Assembly: GCA_024682035.1 (NCBI GenBank)
Contig: JAIKZS010000133.1
Span: 8,815 to 72,814 of the forward strand
Direction of reading: 5' to 3'
Source of the DNA: Bacteroidaceae bacterium
GTDB taxonomy: Bacteria; Bacteroidota; Bacteroidia; Bacteroidales; Bacteroidaceae
Length of the DNA stretch: 64,000 nucleotides
Shown: positions 21,516 through 30,758 of the stretch, one piece after another
Layout of the letters: each line of letters begins with the position of its first letter
Position numbering within the stretch: the stretch's first letter is position 1
Made by a program: the position numbers and the translations under genes
The notes under the pieces: generated by a model
Database searches by the model: none
Seen by the model: only the letters and a program-made list of their open reading frames with translations
Told to the model about the DNA's origin: nothing

Positions 21516-22136
21516 TTATTTTCGTATTTCTCGTGATTTTTCACCTAGATAGCCACCATGATGACGCTTGGCATATTCTTCTACAGTAAACTGTGTGCGT
21601 TTCATGCTTTCCACTACCAAAATATCACCCATCACTGTCATGACCGTAGTACTAGTTGTGGGAGTTAAGCCCAATGGACACACTTCTTCTGGGTTGCCTG
21701 TACTCAAACATACATCTGCCTCTTGGGCCAAAGGACTCTCTGGGTTGCTTGTAATGACAATTATCTTAAGATTGGGGTTCAAATGGTGAGCCAGTGCTGT
21801 CAGCTCTACAATCTCACGTGTCTTTCCTGAATTAGAGATGAATAGCAGCAAGTCGTTCTCTTGAATAATCCCCAAGTCTCCATGTTGCGCCTCACTTGGG
21901 TGTAGAAATACAGCAGGAATGCCTGTAGAACAAAAGGTAGTAGCAATATTCATGGCTATTTGTCCAGCCTTGCCCATGCCCGATGTCACCAACTTACCTT
22001 TACGATGATGCACATACTCTACTATTAAATTCACTGCATCGACAATGTTATCTGTCAATGGAATATTCATGATAGCTTCAGCTTCCTTTCGCAACAATTC
22101 CTGCATGGAAGTAAATGTTTCTTTTTCCATGATCAT
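21516..22136 (-). CDS. SIS-domain sugar-phosphate isomerase (KpsF/GutQ, arabinose-5-phosphate isomerase-like, no CBS domain)
   Basis: SGMGKAG, HPSEAQHGDLG, SNSGKT, PTTST and HHGGYLG motifs. Confidence 0.88.
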   Translation of the reverse strand: MIMEKETFTSMQELLRKEAEAIMNIPLTDNIVDAVNLIVEYVHHRKGKLVTSGMGKAGQIAMNIATTFCSTGIPAVFLHPSEAQHGDLGIIQENDLLLFISNSGKTREIVELTALAHHLNPNLKIIVITSNPESPLAQEADVCLSTGNPEEVCPLGLTPTTSTTVMTVMGDILVVESMKRTQFTVEEYAKRHHGGYLGEKSREIRK

Positions 22137-22239
22137 TATTTTTTTGTGTAAAGATAATGCAAAGCAAATTTATAAACAAAGTTTTCTTTGTTTTTACGTT
22201 TTGTTTATACTATTTTTGCAGCCTTAAAAGATAGTTTAC

Positions 22240-23472
22240 ATGGAAATAGATCGCTACTTTACACATTGCTTATCAAATGGGTTACAAATAATTCTCCAAC
22301 AAACCTCATCACAAGTTGCCTATTGCGGTTATGCCGTCAATGCTGGTACTCGCGATGAAGAGGAGGATACTCCAGGAATGGCCCATTTCATCGAACATAT
22401 GCTATTCAAAGGCACCACTCGGAGGAAAGCATGGCATATCTTAAATCGCATGGAATATGTGGGAGGCGACCTGAATGCTTTTACTAACAAAGAAGAAACA
22501 GTGATCTATTGCTCTTTTATGAGACAAGACTTCAGACGTGCGGCTGAACTATTAACCGACCTTGCATTCCATTCGATATTCCCTCAGCATGAAATAGAAA
22601 AAGAATGCGAGGTAATTATAGACGAGATAAAAATGTATGAAGACTCGCCAGCAGAGCTTATTTTTGACGATTTTGAAAATCTCATTTATGCCGGGCACCC
22701 TTTAGGTCGCAATATTTTAGGTAATGCAGAGCATTTACGATCATATGGCAAACCTCATGCTGACGCCTTTTTCCATCGCTATTATAAGCCTGACAATATG
22801 GTGTTCTTCGTCTTGGGCAACTACACCATTGACCAAGTAGTTAAAGTAATAGAGAAATACACCTGTGACATTGCAGCGCCCTCTGTGGTCATGCATCGTC
22901 AGCAACCAGCCGACTTCATTGTTCAGCGCCTAGATGTTAACAAGCACTCTCACCAGGCCCATGTTATGATTGGTGGGCGTGCCTATGATGGAAGTAACCC
23001 TAAACGTGTGGCACTCAACCTTATCAATAACATTCTTGGTGGACCAGGCATGAATAGCCGTCTGAATGTCGCATTGCGTGAGCATCGTGGTTTGGTTTAT
23101 GAAATTGAATCTAATTATACTCCATATACTGATATTGGGACCTTTTCCATCTATTTTGGTTGCGACCATGAGGATGTGGAACATTGCATTGAACTTGTAC
23201 TCAAAGAGCTGAAGCAAATGCGCAACCAGCGCCTCAGTGATAGCCAGTTACGGGCAGCAAAGAAACAACTTATTGGTCAGATTGGTGTCAGCTCCGATAA
23301 CAACGAAAACAATGCCCTTGGCATGGCAAAGACATTCCTGCACTATCATCGCTTCGTTACCAGTCAAGAGGCTTTCAAAAACATTGAGCTACTTACTGCC
23401 GATGTACTGCAGGAAGTAGCCCAAGAAATCTTAGCAGAGGACAACCTCTCTATTCTTTGCTACGCTCAATAG
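22240..23472 (+). CDS. M16 (pitrilysin) family zinc peptidase
   Basis: Inverted zinc motif HFIEH, LNAFT, and SRL...LRE..GLVY. Confidence 0.92.
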   Translation: MEIDRYFTHCLSNGLQIILQQTSSQVAYCGYAVNAGTRDEEEDTPGMAHFIEHMLFKGTTRRKAWHILNRMEYVGGDLNAFTNKEETVIYCSFMRQDFRRAAELLTDLAFHSIFPQHEIEKECEVIIDEIKMYEDSPAELIFDDFENLIYAGHPLGRNILGNAEHLRSYGKPHADAFFHRYYKPDNMVFFVLGNYTIDQVVKVIEKYTCDIAAPSVVMHRQQPADFIVQRLDVNKHSHQAHVMIGGRAYDGSNPKRVALNLINNILGGPGMNSRLNVALREHRGLVYEIESNYTPYTDIGTFSIYFGCDHEDVEHCIELVLKELKQMRNQRLSDSQLRAAKKQLIGQIGVSSDNNENNALGMAKTFLHYHRFVTSQEAFKNIELLTADVLQEVAQEILAEDNLSILCYAQ

Positions 23473-24742
23473 CCTTGCGAAGTTTACCAACAGCCTGTTC
23501 CAACGATTCGGTAGGCTCAATAATGTTGTAATCTTCCCAAAACTCTTTATCGTAAAAATCAAGCACCTTGTCTGACAGCACATCTCTATTGTGGAATGAT
23601 TCCTTATACGTTGCCCATTCCACAGGCTGATCTACACGATTGGTTACCACCATCTCCGATACGATTGTATAATTGGTGGCAAAAAGTCGGCGTTTCCAAT
23701 CGCAGCGGAACTTAAACTCAGCCCTTACATAATTTAAGAAAAAGCGCCCTCCTTGATTGCGATAGGTGACTACGTATTTCAAATCTTGCGCACGGAATCG
23801 CATCGAAGCAGGTTTCTTACGCAACATTTGGCGCGTAACCTTTTCAGGCTCACTCATATCTAAAGAAAATTCAATACGACTGATCCCAAGACTCTCACGA
23901 TCAATATAAATTGTCCCCTCATACAAAGGGAAGTCCAACATTACTGGTTTCGGAGTAAAGTCTATGGCATACTGTACACGATCATCAATAGTTACATAAT
24001 CCTTGAAACTGTAATTGTACATCTCCATATATTCGAAATCCAACAAGATGTCTGGATTCTTAACTGCATCCAGATAAGTGGCTAAGTTTGGTCCGCCCTC
24101 CAATTTGACACTTAATGTATCTTTTACATCCGGACTTGCCACACTACGGCTCTTAGTAATGCGCACACGATCTCTCATCGTTCCTTGCGTATAAGATGTT
24201 TTAAAAGCCTCAGCTACAGCCTCTGATATGGTGATATATCTATTTCGTTTCTGTACTGTTTCACGATAGAACATATAGTTAAGTGTAGGCACCGGACTGT
24301 AGTTTTGTTTCACTTTCCACATGGCATCCTCCACCAGAAGGCGAGGATTGACAGGACTTACCACAATCTCTTTCAAGTTAAAAGTACTTTGTGATAAAAA
24401 ATATTCGTTACCAATGCTGGCCAGTGGATCTACTTGTACCTGGTTTGAGTTGTATCCCAGATAAGAGAACTGTAAATATACGGTCGTTCCAGGATCTTTA
24501 AACTTCAAAGAAAAGGCACCATCCTTATTGGTCACCGTTCCAATATTTGTACCTGGTACATACACGTTCACATATTCTAACTTTCGGTGAGATTTCTGAT
24601 CTTTTACTACCCCACTTATTGTAATCATATTCTCATTCATCTGCTCCGTAATGGTTTGTCCCCACACGGGCAAGGTTGTGCCAATCACCAGTAAACAGCA
24701 CAACACCCATAGTTTAGTTTGTAAATGGATTTCTGTTTTCAT
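23450..24742 (-). CDS. Secreted protein with N-terminal carboxypeptidase-regulatory-like domain
   Basis: Signal peptide, ISGVVKD...GTVTNKDGAFSL...FSYLGY motif, FYRE and FWEDYNIIEP. Confidence 0.75.
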   Translation of the reverse strand: MKTEIHLQTKLWVLCCLLVIGTTLPVWGQTITEQMNENMITISGVVKDQKSHRKLEYVNVYVPGTNIGTVTNKDGAFSLKFKDPGTTVYLQFSYLGYNSNQVQVDPLASIGNEYFLSQSTFNLKEIVVSPVNPRLLVEDAMWKVKQNYSPVPTLNYMFYRETVQKRNRYITISEAVAEAFKTSYTQGTMRDRVRITKSRSVASPDVKDTLSVKLEGGPNLATYLDAVKNPDILLDFEYMEMYNYSFKDYVTIDDRVQYAIDFTPKPVMLDFPLYEGTIYIDRESLGISRIEFSLDMSEPEKVTRQMLRKKPASMRFRAQDLKYVVTYRNQGGRFFLNYVRAEFKFRCDWKRRLFATNYTIVSEMVVTNRVDQPVEWATYKESFHNRDVLSDKVLDFYDKEFWEDYNIIEPTESLEQAVGKLRKAIERSKE

Positions 24743-25353
24743 AACTTCGTAGTTTTGGTATCTTTTTGCAAATGTAATTGTTTCAATCGAGAATTCAAAC
24801 TAAATTCACAGCCACAATACTGTTGGTTATAAAAATTATAAGCTTTCAACAATTCATTGCGCCTTTCCTGTAAACCTCCTTTCCGCCAATTTTGCTCCCA
24901 GAAGGTTACACCCTCTACTTGCGCTGCTGCCCATTGGCCTGCCTCATTAATTTGTTGCAAACTTTTCCAACGTGAAGAGGCCAAAGTGGTAGTTATTACT
25001 GTAAAGTCATGTGTTGCGGCATATTGAGCTGTGTGCAGCAACCGCAATTTAAAACATTGTAAACACCGTTTGCCCCTTTCTGGCTCTTCTTCTAGTCCAC
25101 ATATTCCCTCTTTCCACTGACCATAATCGTAGTCGGCATCAACAAAGTTCAGACCTTGCATTGTTACAAAACGTTTTGCCTCAGCTTTGCGAGTTTCATA
25201 CTCCTCTTTTGGATAGATATTAGGATTATAATAATATACAGTAGGACGTAAACCATTTGCCACCATACACTCTATGATGGCTGATGAACAAGGGGCGCAA
25301 CAGCTATGTAGCAAGACCTTGCTCTCTCCATGTGGAACCTCTAACTTTAACAC
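24739..25353 (-). CDS. queH: Epoxyqueuosine reductase QueH
   Basis: LLHSCCAPCS, YNPNIYP, ERGKRCLQC and YNQQYCGC motifs. Likely start is GTG 25353; the ORF-track start at 25446 overlaps the upstream gene. Confidence 0.9.
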   Translation of the reverse strand: MLKLEVPHGESKVLLHSCCAPCSSAIIECMVANGLRPTVYYYNPNIYPKEEYETRKAEAKRFVTMQGLNFVDADYDYGQWKEGICGLEEEPERGKRCLQCFKLRLLHTAQYAATHDFTVITTTLASSRWKSLQQINEAGQWAAAQVEGVTFWEQNWRKGGLQERRNELLKAYNFYNQQYCGCEFSLNSRLKQLHLQKDTKTTKL

Positions 25354-25396
25354 TCGTTTATAGTTTACTGTTTGGCAGCCTGCACTGCCCAAATAT

Positions 25397-26035
25397 TCAA
25401 TGACAAATCGACTTTTGCAAAACAATGAGGCTTTCTGGACCTGCATTAAACAACAAATCTACAATACTTAAGTTAGGCATAAAACCAAGTTTTTCTTGAA
25501 ACACTTGATAATATGGCACCACTTTAAATTCAGGATCTAATGAAGTAAAATCACGCTTAGGGTGAATCACCTCACGCAAATCCAGCACATCACTTTGCAT
25601 AGTATAATACTCGTTGGTCCTGCTCACACAAGGTTGCATATCTATCAACCCACAAATCATCTCTTGCAATGCCTCATTAAAGTCAATTAAGAATTCATAT
25701 CTTTTTTCATAAAAAGGAGCGAATTCATCGAGATAATACTCAAAATAGGGTGTGTTACCATAAGCCGATTCTAACGCATACAAATGCAAATGTCTCCAGT
25801 TACCATGATCACTGATACGTATATCTTTTGTTGCACATTTTAATGTATCAGGTTTTACAACGGGAATCGTCAAATCTATCTTGCCCGAAGGTCCCAATAT
25901 GATACATCGGTTACGGTAGGTTTGTTTCATATAGTGATCGTGTTGCTCAACCCAAATTTTGTCGGCAGCCAGCAAATGTGCATAATATTCTATAGGTGCC
26001 AGATAAGCCGTTGTCATTATCACTTCACGCATCAC
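25397..26035 (-). CDS. WbqC-like family protein
   Basis: YLAPIEYY, KQTYRNRC, LTIPV and NLSIVDLLFNAGP motifs. Confidence 0.85.
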   Translation of the reverse strand: MMREVIMTTAYLAPIEYYAHLLAADKIWVEQHDHYMKQTYRNRCIILGPSGKIDLTIPVVKPDTLKCATKDIRISDHGNWRHLHLYALESAYGNTPYFEYYLDEFAPFYEKRYEFLIDFNEALQEMICGLIDMQPCVSRTNEYYTMQSDVLDLREVIHPKRDFTSLDPEFKVVPYYQVFQEKLGFMPNLSIVDLLFNAGPESLIVLQKSICH

Positions 26036-26718
26036 TACTTTACGCTAGAGAGCATTCTGCTCCATTGATCCGACCAAATAATATATTTTGCCTTTCCTAT
26101 TAAATAACTATGCGGCACTAATCCTATCATACGTGAATCACGCAGATTATCAGCATGCTCTGTAGATATCCAATAGTAATCTTTGGTGAAATGACAGAAT
26201 TTTGCTGATTTCCCATTAACAAAAAGTTCACCGTCTCTCATCTCAGCCTTTTGCCCTTCATGCAATATTAAGGCATTACATAACAACACCGCATTCCATG
26301 GCTGCACCTCTATCCACTCACCCTGCTGTGGAATAGTCAAACAACGATTGGAAGAATGGTTCACCACATTAAAGTCTTCATCCAACTGAATCTTTTCTCC
26401 TGGTAATCCCACACATCGCCCAACAAACACTTCCTTGTCAGCAATCAAACGATGTTGCATGTCGGCAGGATTATTATATACCACCACATCGTCCTTATTA
26501 GGCTGTTCATAGCCCCAGCGATTATAACCAAAAACACTCATCAGCGGAGTACGATACCCATAGCTACACTTCCCTACAGCTATGCGTTCACCAGCATTCA
26601 ACACAGGCTTCATACCCTCTGATGGCACTATATAAACTCCCATGAAAAAAATTCTTATCATGAGAAGTATAAACACTGTAGCCAGCACCGTCAGTAGTAT
26701 AGAAGTCAGCGTCTTCAT
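26035..26718 (-). CDS. S26 signal peptidase I paralog lacking the catalytic Ser/Lys
   Basis: PSEGMKPVL, FVGRCVGLPG and DSRMIGLVP resemble SPase I boxes, with Gly at both catalytic positions. Confidence 0.75.
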   Translation of the reverse strand: MKTLTSILLTVLATVFILLMIRIFFMGVYIVPSEGMKPVLNAGERIAVGKCSYGYRTPLMSVFGYNRWGYEQPNKDDVVVYNNPADMQHRLIADKEVFVGRCVGLPGEKIQLDEDFNVVNHSSNRCLTIPQQGEWIEVQPWNAVLLCNALILHEGQKAEMRDGELFVNGKSAKFCHFTKDYYWISTEHADNLRDSRMIGLVPHSYLIGKAKYIIWSDQWSRMLSSVK

Positions 26719-26727
26719 ATTATTACT

Positions 26728-28239
26728 TTAATCTTTATGCACCCACTGAAATAAGCGATTCCACCGAATTTTGCCATCCAGCCAATCGCGATCCTTATCC
26801 AGCGACAACCATATCATAATAGGCTTACCAACGATATGATCTTCAGGCACGAAACCCCAGTACCTTGAGTCGGCACTCTTATGCCGGTTATCACCCATCA
26901 TCCAGTAATAATCCATCTGGAAAGTATATTCATCTGTGCGTACACCATTGATGTACAGTCCATCGCTCTTACGCTCCAATTTATTGCCCTCATAGGCTTC
27001 AATGCAGCGTTCATATATTGGCAGGTTATCCTGATTCAAATGTATCGTAGCACCTTTCTTAGGTATCCATATAGGACCATAGTTGTTTCGATTCCACCCC
27101 GTATATAGGTTCAATGGATACAATTCACCGATGAAGTTCTCCTGTTCTGGCTCCATTACAATTTTGCTTACCAACTTCTTATTCCCCTGTAAAACAGCCA
27201 ACATCTTTTTCGTCAAGGGAAGATTATAAGTAGGTGCCAATCTTCCATTAGGCATACGAGTATCTAATCCCAGAGATAGCAGTTCATTTTCCCACGACAT
27301 GTCACTACCCATCTCCCAACGGTCGTCTTCACTGATGCCTAGCTCTTTGAATATATCGTCGCTGATTACCGGACCAGTTGTCTGCACGAAATAATTCAAT
27401 TGCATGTTCTCTGGATCCTCTTGCATCTTACCATTCAACCATACATGAGCATCAATTATCTGGAGCGTATCACCAGGTAAACCTACACAACGCTTCACAT
27501 AGTTCTCACGCCTATCTACAGGCCTGACAATTACATCGCCGTAAATGCGAGGATTATTTTTGATTAACTTGCTACCCTCAGCATAAAAAATATCATAAGC
27601 CGTTCGTTGCTGTTCGCGTGTTAAACTCGCCATATCTACTCTTTCACCATATCGTCGCTTCCCTTCTATATAAGCCAAACTATAAAAATCTGTTTGTTGA
27701 TAATTAAGTGCTACAGTATCGCCCGCAGGGAAATTAAATACAACTATATCGTTTAGTTTTACCTTCTCCCATCCAGGCGCACGCTTATATTTCCATTGAG
27801 GCCAATCAATATAAGATTTCATTGATGTCCCCGGTATGGTGTGCTGTGTAAGCGGCAATGAAAGCGGTGTATTGGGTACACGCGGACCGTAACTTGCCTT
27901 GCTCACAAAGAGATAGTCGCCTACTAAGAGTGATTTTTCCAAACTTGACGAAGGAATTTGGTAATTCTGGAAGATATATAAATTCACAAAGTACACAGCT
28001 ACTAATGCAAAAACAATAGCATCAACCCAGCTCATAATCCATCGTGCCGTATCATTTTTCCATTCGTGCCAAAATCCCCATGGCACTATCTTAGTAATGT
28101 AAGCATCAAAGATAAATGGCACTGCAATCAGTCCCCACCAACTCTTTATCCATAACAGAAAGAGCAGGTAGATAACCATTACAATACCCATTACCACCCA
28201 TTGCCTTTTCGTAGTTCCTTTTATGTGTTGCATAGTCAA
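26728..28239 (-). CDS. lepB: Signal peptidase I
   Basis: IPSSSLEKSL (Ser), YVKRCVGLPGD (Lys) and MGDNRHKSADSRYWGFVP motifs. Confidence 0.93.
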   Translation of the reverse strand: MTMQHIKGTTKRQWVVMGIVMVIYLLFLLWIKSWWGLIAVPFIFDAYITKIVPWGFWHEWKNDTARWIMSWVDAIVFALVAVYFVNLYIFQNYQIPSSSLEKSLLVGDYLFVSKASYGPRVPNTPLSLPLTQHTIPGTSMKSYIDWPQWKYKRAPGWEKVKLNDIVVFNFPAGDTVALNYQQTDFYSLAYIEGKRRYGERVDMASLTREQQRTAYDIFYAEGSKLIKNNPRIYGDVIVRPVDRRENYVKRCVGLPGDTLQIIDAHVWLNGKMQEDPENMQLNYFVQTTGPVISDDIFKELGISEDDRWEMGSDMSWENELLSLGLDTRMPNGRLAPTYNLPLTKKMLAVLQGNKKLVSKIVMEPEQENFIGELYPLNLYTGWNRNNYGPIWIPKKGATIHLNQDNLPIYERCIEAYEGNKLERKSDGLYINGVRTDEYTFQMDYYWMMGDNRHKSADSRYWGFVPEDHIVGKPIMIWLSLDKDRDWLDGKIRWNRLFQWVHKD

Positions 28240-28242
28240 AAA

Positions 28243-28971
28243 TTAAAAGCCATATACATCCTTATAATAATCCTGTATGGTCAGCAGTCCCTGCTGAGTT
28301 ACCGTCCATTCTGCCGCCAGTACAGCTCCCAATGCAAAACCTTTGCGATTATGTGCGTCATGGGTAATTGTTATCAAGTCGGCCTCTGAATCATAACGTA
28401 TAGTATGGATACCAGGTACTTCCCCGCGTCTTATGTGATCTACCCTCAACAATTGCTTGTCGGTAGTATCTTCTGCCCATGCTTCTTTGCGATCCAGATT
28501 AGCAACAATATCTTCTGCTAAAGTAATAGCAGTACCGCTGGGGTGATCCAGCTTATGTACATGGTGCGTCTCCTCCATTTCAACATCGTATTGAGGGAAG
28601 TTGTTCATTACTTTGGCAAGATAGCTATTCACTGCTGCAAATATGCCTACTCCAATCGAAAAGTTTGAAGCCCACAGCAATGTTTTGCCCTCTTCAGTAC
28701 ACATTCTTCTCACATCATCGCCGTGTTCTTTCATCCAACCTGTACTTCCACTCACCACTTTAACACCTTGCTGCCACGCCTTCAAGTAATTGCTGTAGGC
28801 AGCCTGAGGAGCGGTGAATTCTATAGCCACATCAGCACTTCTGAAACCATCGGTATTAAAATCCTGCTGGTTATTAATGTCTATTACGCTAACAATCTCA
28901 TGTCCTCTACTTTTGGCAATCTGTTCTATCATCTTGCCCATCTTTCCATAACCAATCAACGCTATTTTCAT
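28243..28971 (-). CDS. dapB: 4-hydroxy-tetrahydrodipicolinate reductase
   Basis: GYGKMG, SNFSIG, ETHHVHKLDHPSGTA and GFALGA motifs. Confidence 0.96.
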   Translation of the reverse strand: MKIALIGYGKMGKMIEQIAKSRGHEIVSVIDINNQQDFNTDGFRSADVAIEFTAPQAAYSNYLKAWQQGVKVVSGSTGWMKEHGDDVRRMCTEEGKTLLWASNFSIGVGIFAAVNSYLAKVMNNFPQYDVEMEETHHVHKLDHPSGTAITLAEDIVANLDRKEAWAEDTTDKQLLRVDHIRRGEVPGIHTIRYDSEADLITITHDAHNRKGFALGAVLAAEWTVTQQGLLTIQDYYKDVYGF

Positions 28972-29008
28972 AACTTATGTATAGATAAAAAAATAATTTC
29001 CCTTTTTC

Positions 29009-29049
29009 TTTGGTGCAAAGTTAATCTTTTTCTTACATTTGCCACCAAA
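29009..29049. promoter_or_regulatory. Divergent promoter pair for dapB and the DUF2851-like gene
   Basis: Minus-strand TAACTTTG (29016-29023); plus-strand TTTG (29009-29012) and TACATTTG (29034-29041). Confidence 0.6.
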
Positions 29050-29066
29050 TTAAAGCATTCTTAACA

Positions 29067-30347
29067 ATGGAACAACTATTACATTTTGCTTGGAAGCATA
29101 AATTATTCCCTCTAAGCACCCTTAAAACGATAGATGGAGAAACTATGGAGGTTATTGACCCAGGCATGGAGAACAATCATTCAGGTCCCGACTTTTTCAA
29201 TGCAAAAATAAAAATTAATAACGTTTTATGGGTTGGCAACGTGGAAATACACGAGAAATCAAGTTACTGGTACAGCCATGCTCATCACCTTGATCCTGCC
29301 TATGCCAATGTTATCTTACATGTGGTTGAAAAAGCAGATACTGACATAACCCGTTATGATTCAACCGATAATATCCCCCAATTTATTTTGTCATGTCCTG
29401 ACGAAGTGAAACGCAAATATCACCTGCTGAGACGTACTGACACTTATCCGGCCTGTTATGCTATAATAAGACAACTCCCTAAAATTATCATACATAGTTG
29501 GATGACAGCTTTGCAAGCTGAACGCTTTGACCAAAAGGCTAAAAGTATCAGTAATAGACTGCAACTATGCAACGGTAACTGGGAACAAGTTTTGTTCATT
29601 ACACTGGCTCGCAACTTTGGTTTTGGACTGAACAATGAAACTTTTGAAGCTTGGGCAAGGCGTATTAATCTGGCAGCAGTGGGTAAACACAAGGACGACA
29701 TCCAACAGGTGGAAGCCATTTTTTTCGGTATGGCAGGCTTATTGGGACAGCAGATTAACGATTCATATTACCAATTGCTGCAAAAAGAGTTTCACTATTT
29801 AAACCATAAGTTTTGTTTTGAACCACCACTGCAAGGCGAACTATGGAAACTGTTACGCATTCGTCCGCAAGCCTTTCCCCACACTAAAGTTGCCCAATTA
29901 GCATATCTTTATCAACATCAGGAAGCTTTGTTTTCCAAAATAATGGAAGCCAAAGATGTTGAAACTACCAAATCATTACTACAGACTTCTGTCTCGCCCT
30001 ATTGGAAGAACCATTATATGTTTGGTAAAGAAACAAAGACTAGTGAAAAGAAATTGAGTGAAAACTCTTTAAATTTACTGCTCATCAACACAGTCATTCC
30101 CTTCCTATTAGCCTACGGAAAGCACAAAGGGAACGAAGATTTATGTTATCGTGCTTCAGCTTTTTTAGAGAAACTAAAGCCGGAGGATAACTACATTACC
30201 CGCCAATGGGAACGATTTGGCATTCATGCCGACAATGCAGCCGATTCACAAGCATTGATTCAACTCCGTAAGGAATATTGCGATAAACGTGACTGTCTGC
30301 GTTGTCGTATTGGATATCAGTATTTAAAAGAATGGAAAGGACAGTAA
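29067..30347 (+). CDS. DUF2851-like protein
   Basis: MEQLLHFAW, GPDFFNAKI, GNVEIH, VILHVV, INTVIP and C-terminal YC...CLRCRIG. Confidence 0.85.
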   Translation: MEQLLHFAWKHKLFPLSTLKTIDGETMEVIDPGMENNHSGPDFFNAKIKINNVLWVGNVEIHEKSSYWYSHAHHLDPAYANVILHVVEKADTDITRYDSTDNIPQFILSCPDEVKRKYHLLRRTDTYPACYAIIRQLPKIIIHSWMTALQAERFDQKAKSISNRLQLCNGNWEQVLFITLARNFGFGLNNETFEAWARRINLAAVGKHKDDIQQVEAIFFGMAGLLGQQINDSYYQLLQKEFHYLNHKFCFEPPLQGELWKLLRIRPQAFPHTKVAQLAYLYQHQEALFSKIMEAKDVETTKSLLQTSVSPYWKNHYMFGKETKTSEKKLSENSLNLLLINTVIPFLLAYGKHKGNEDLCYRASAFLEKLKPEDNYITRQWERFGIHADNAADSQALIQLRKEYCDKRDCLRCRIGYQYLKEWKGQ

Positions 30348-30431
30348 CAGTAATCTTGCCGAAGCATTGGTAATTTGCATGCAAAGATATTACTAATGTA
30401 CAAGCTGAAACATTACTATTCTTTTGCCAAT

Positions 30432-30516
30432 GATATAGTATCTTGTTGGCACACGATATAGTATATTGTTAGTGCACGATATAGTATATTGTTGAGGCCA
30501 GATATACCATATTGTA
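30432..30516. repeat. Four direct repeats with an exact 23-bp period (core GATATAGTATATTGTT)
   Basis: Copies start at 30432, 30455, 30478 and 30501. The 16-bp core is conserved and the 7-bp spacers vary. Confidence 0.85.
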
Positions 30517-30758
30517 GAATTTAGATAAACTATATCTAACGCACGCTAAAATTGGGAGTAAAGTCTGTTAACCCAATGACTACAGCATACCACACCACAG
30601 AGCAAAGCTTAATACTATCGGATATAATATCTGCTATTCCCCGTCGCAATAGCTGCCATAGGGAGATAGAAGATATTGCAATCGTTCATAACAAGCATTC
30701 CGTCACCCCATGGAAAAGTCTCCAACAATTCATAGAAAGCATTTCTTTAAAACAAGAT

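Noticed and set aside
30432-30516. Possible CRISPR mini-array
   Set aside because: The 16-bp repeats and 7-bp spacers are far too short, and there are no cas genes. Kept only as an operator-like array.
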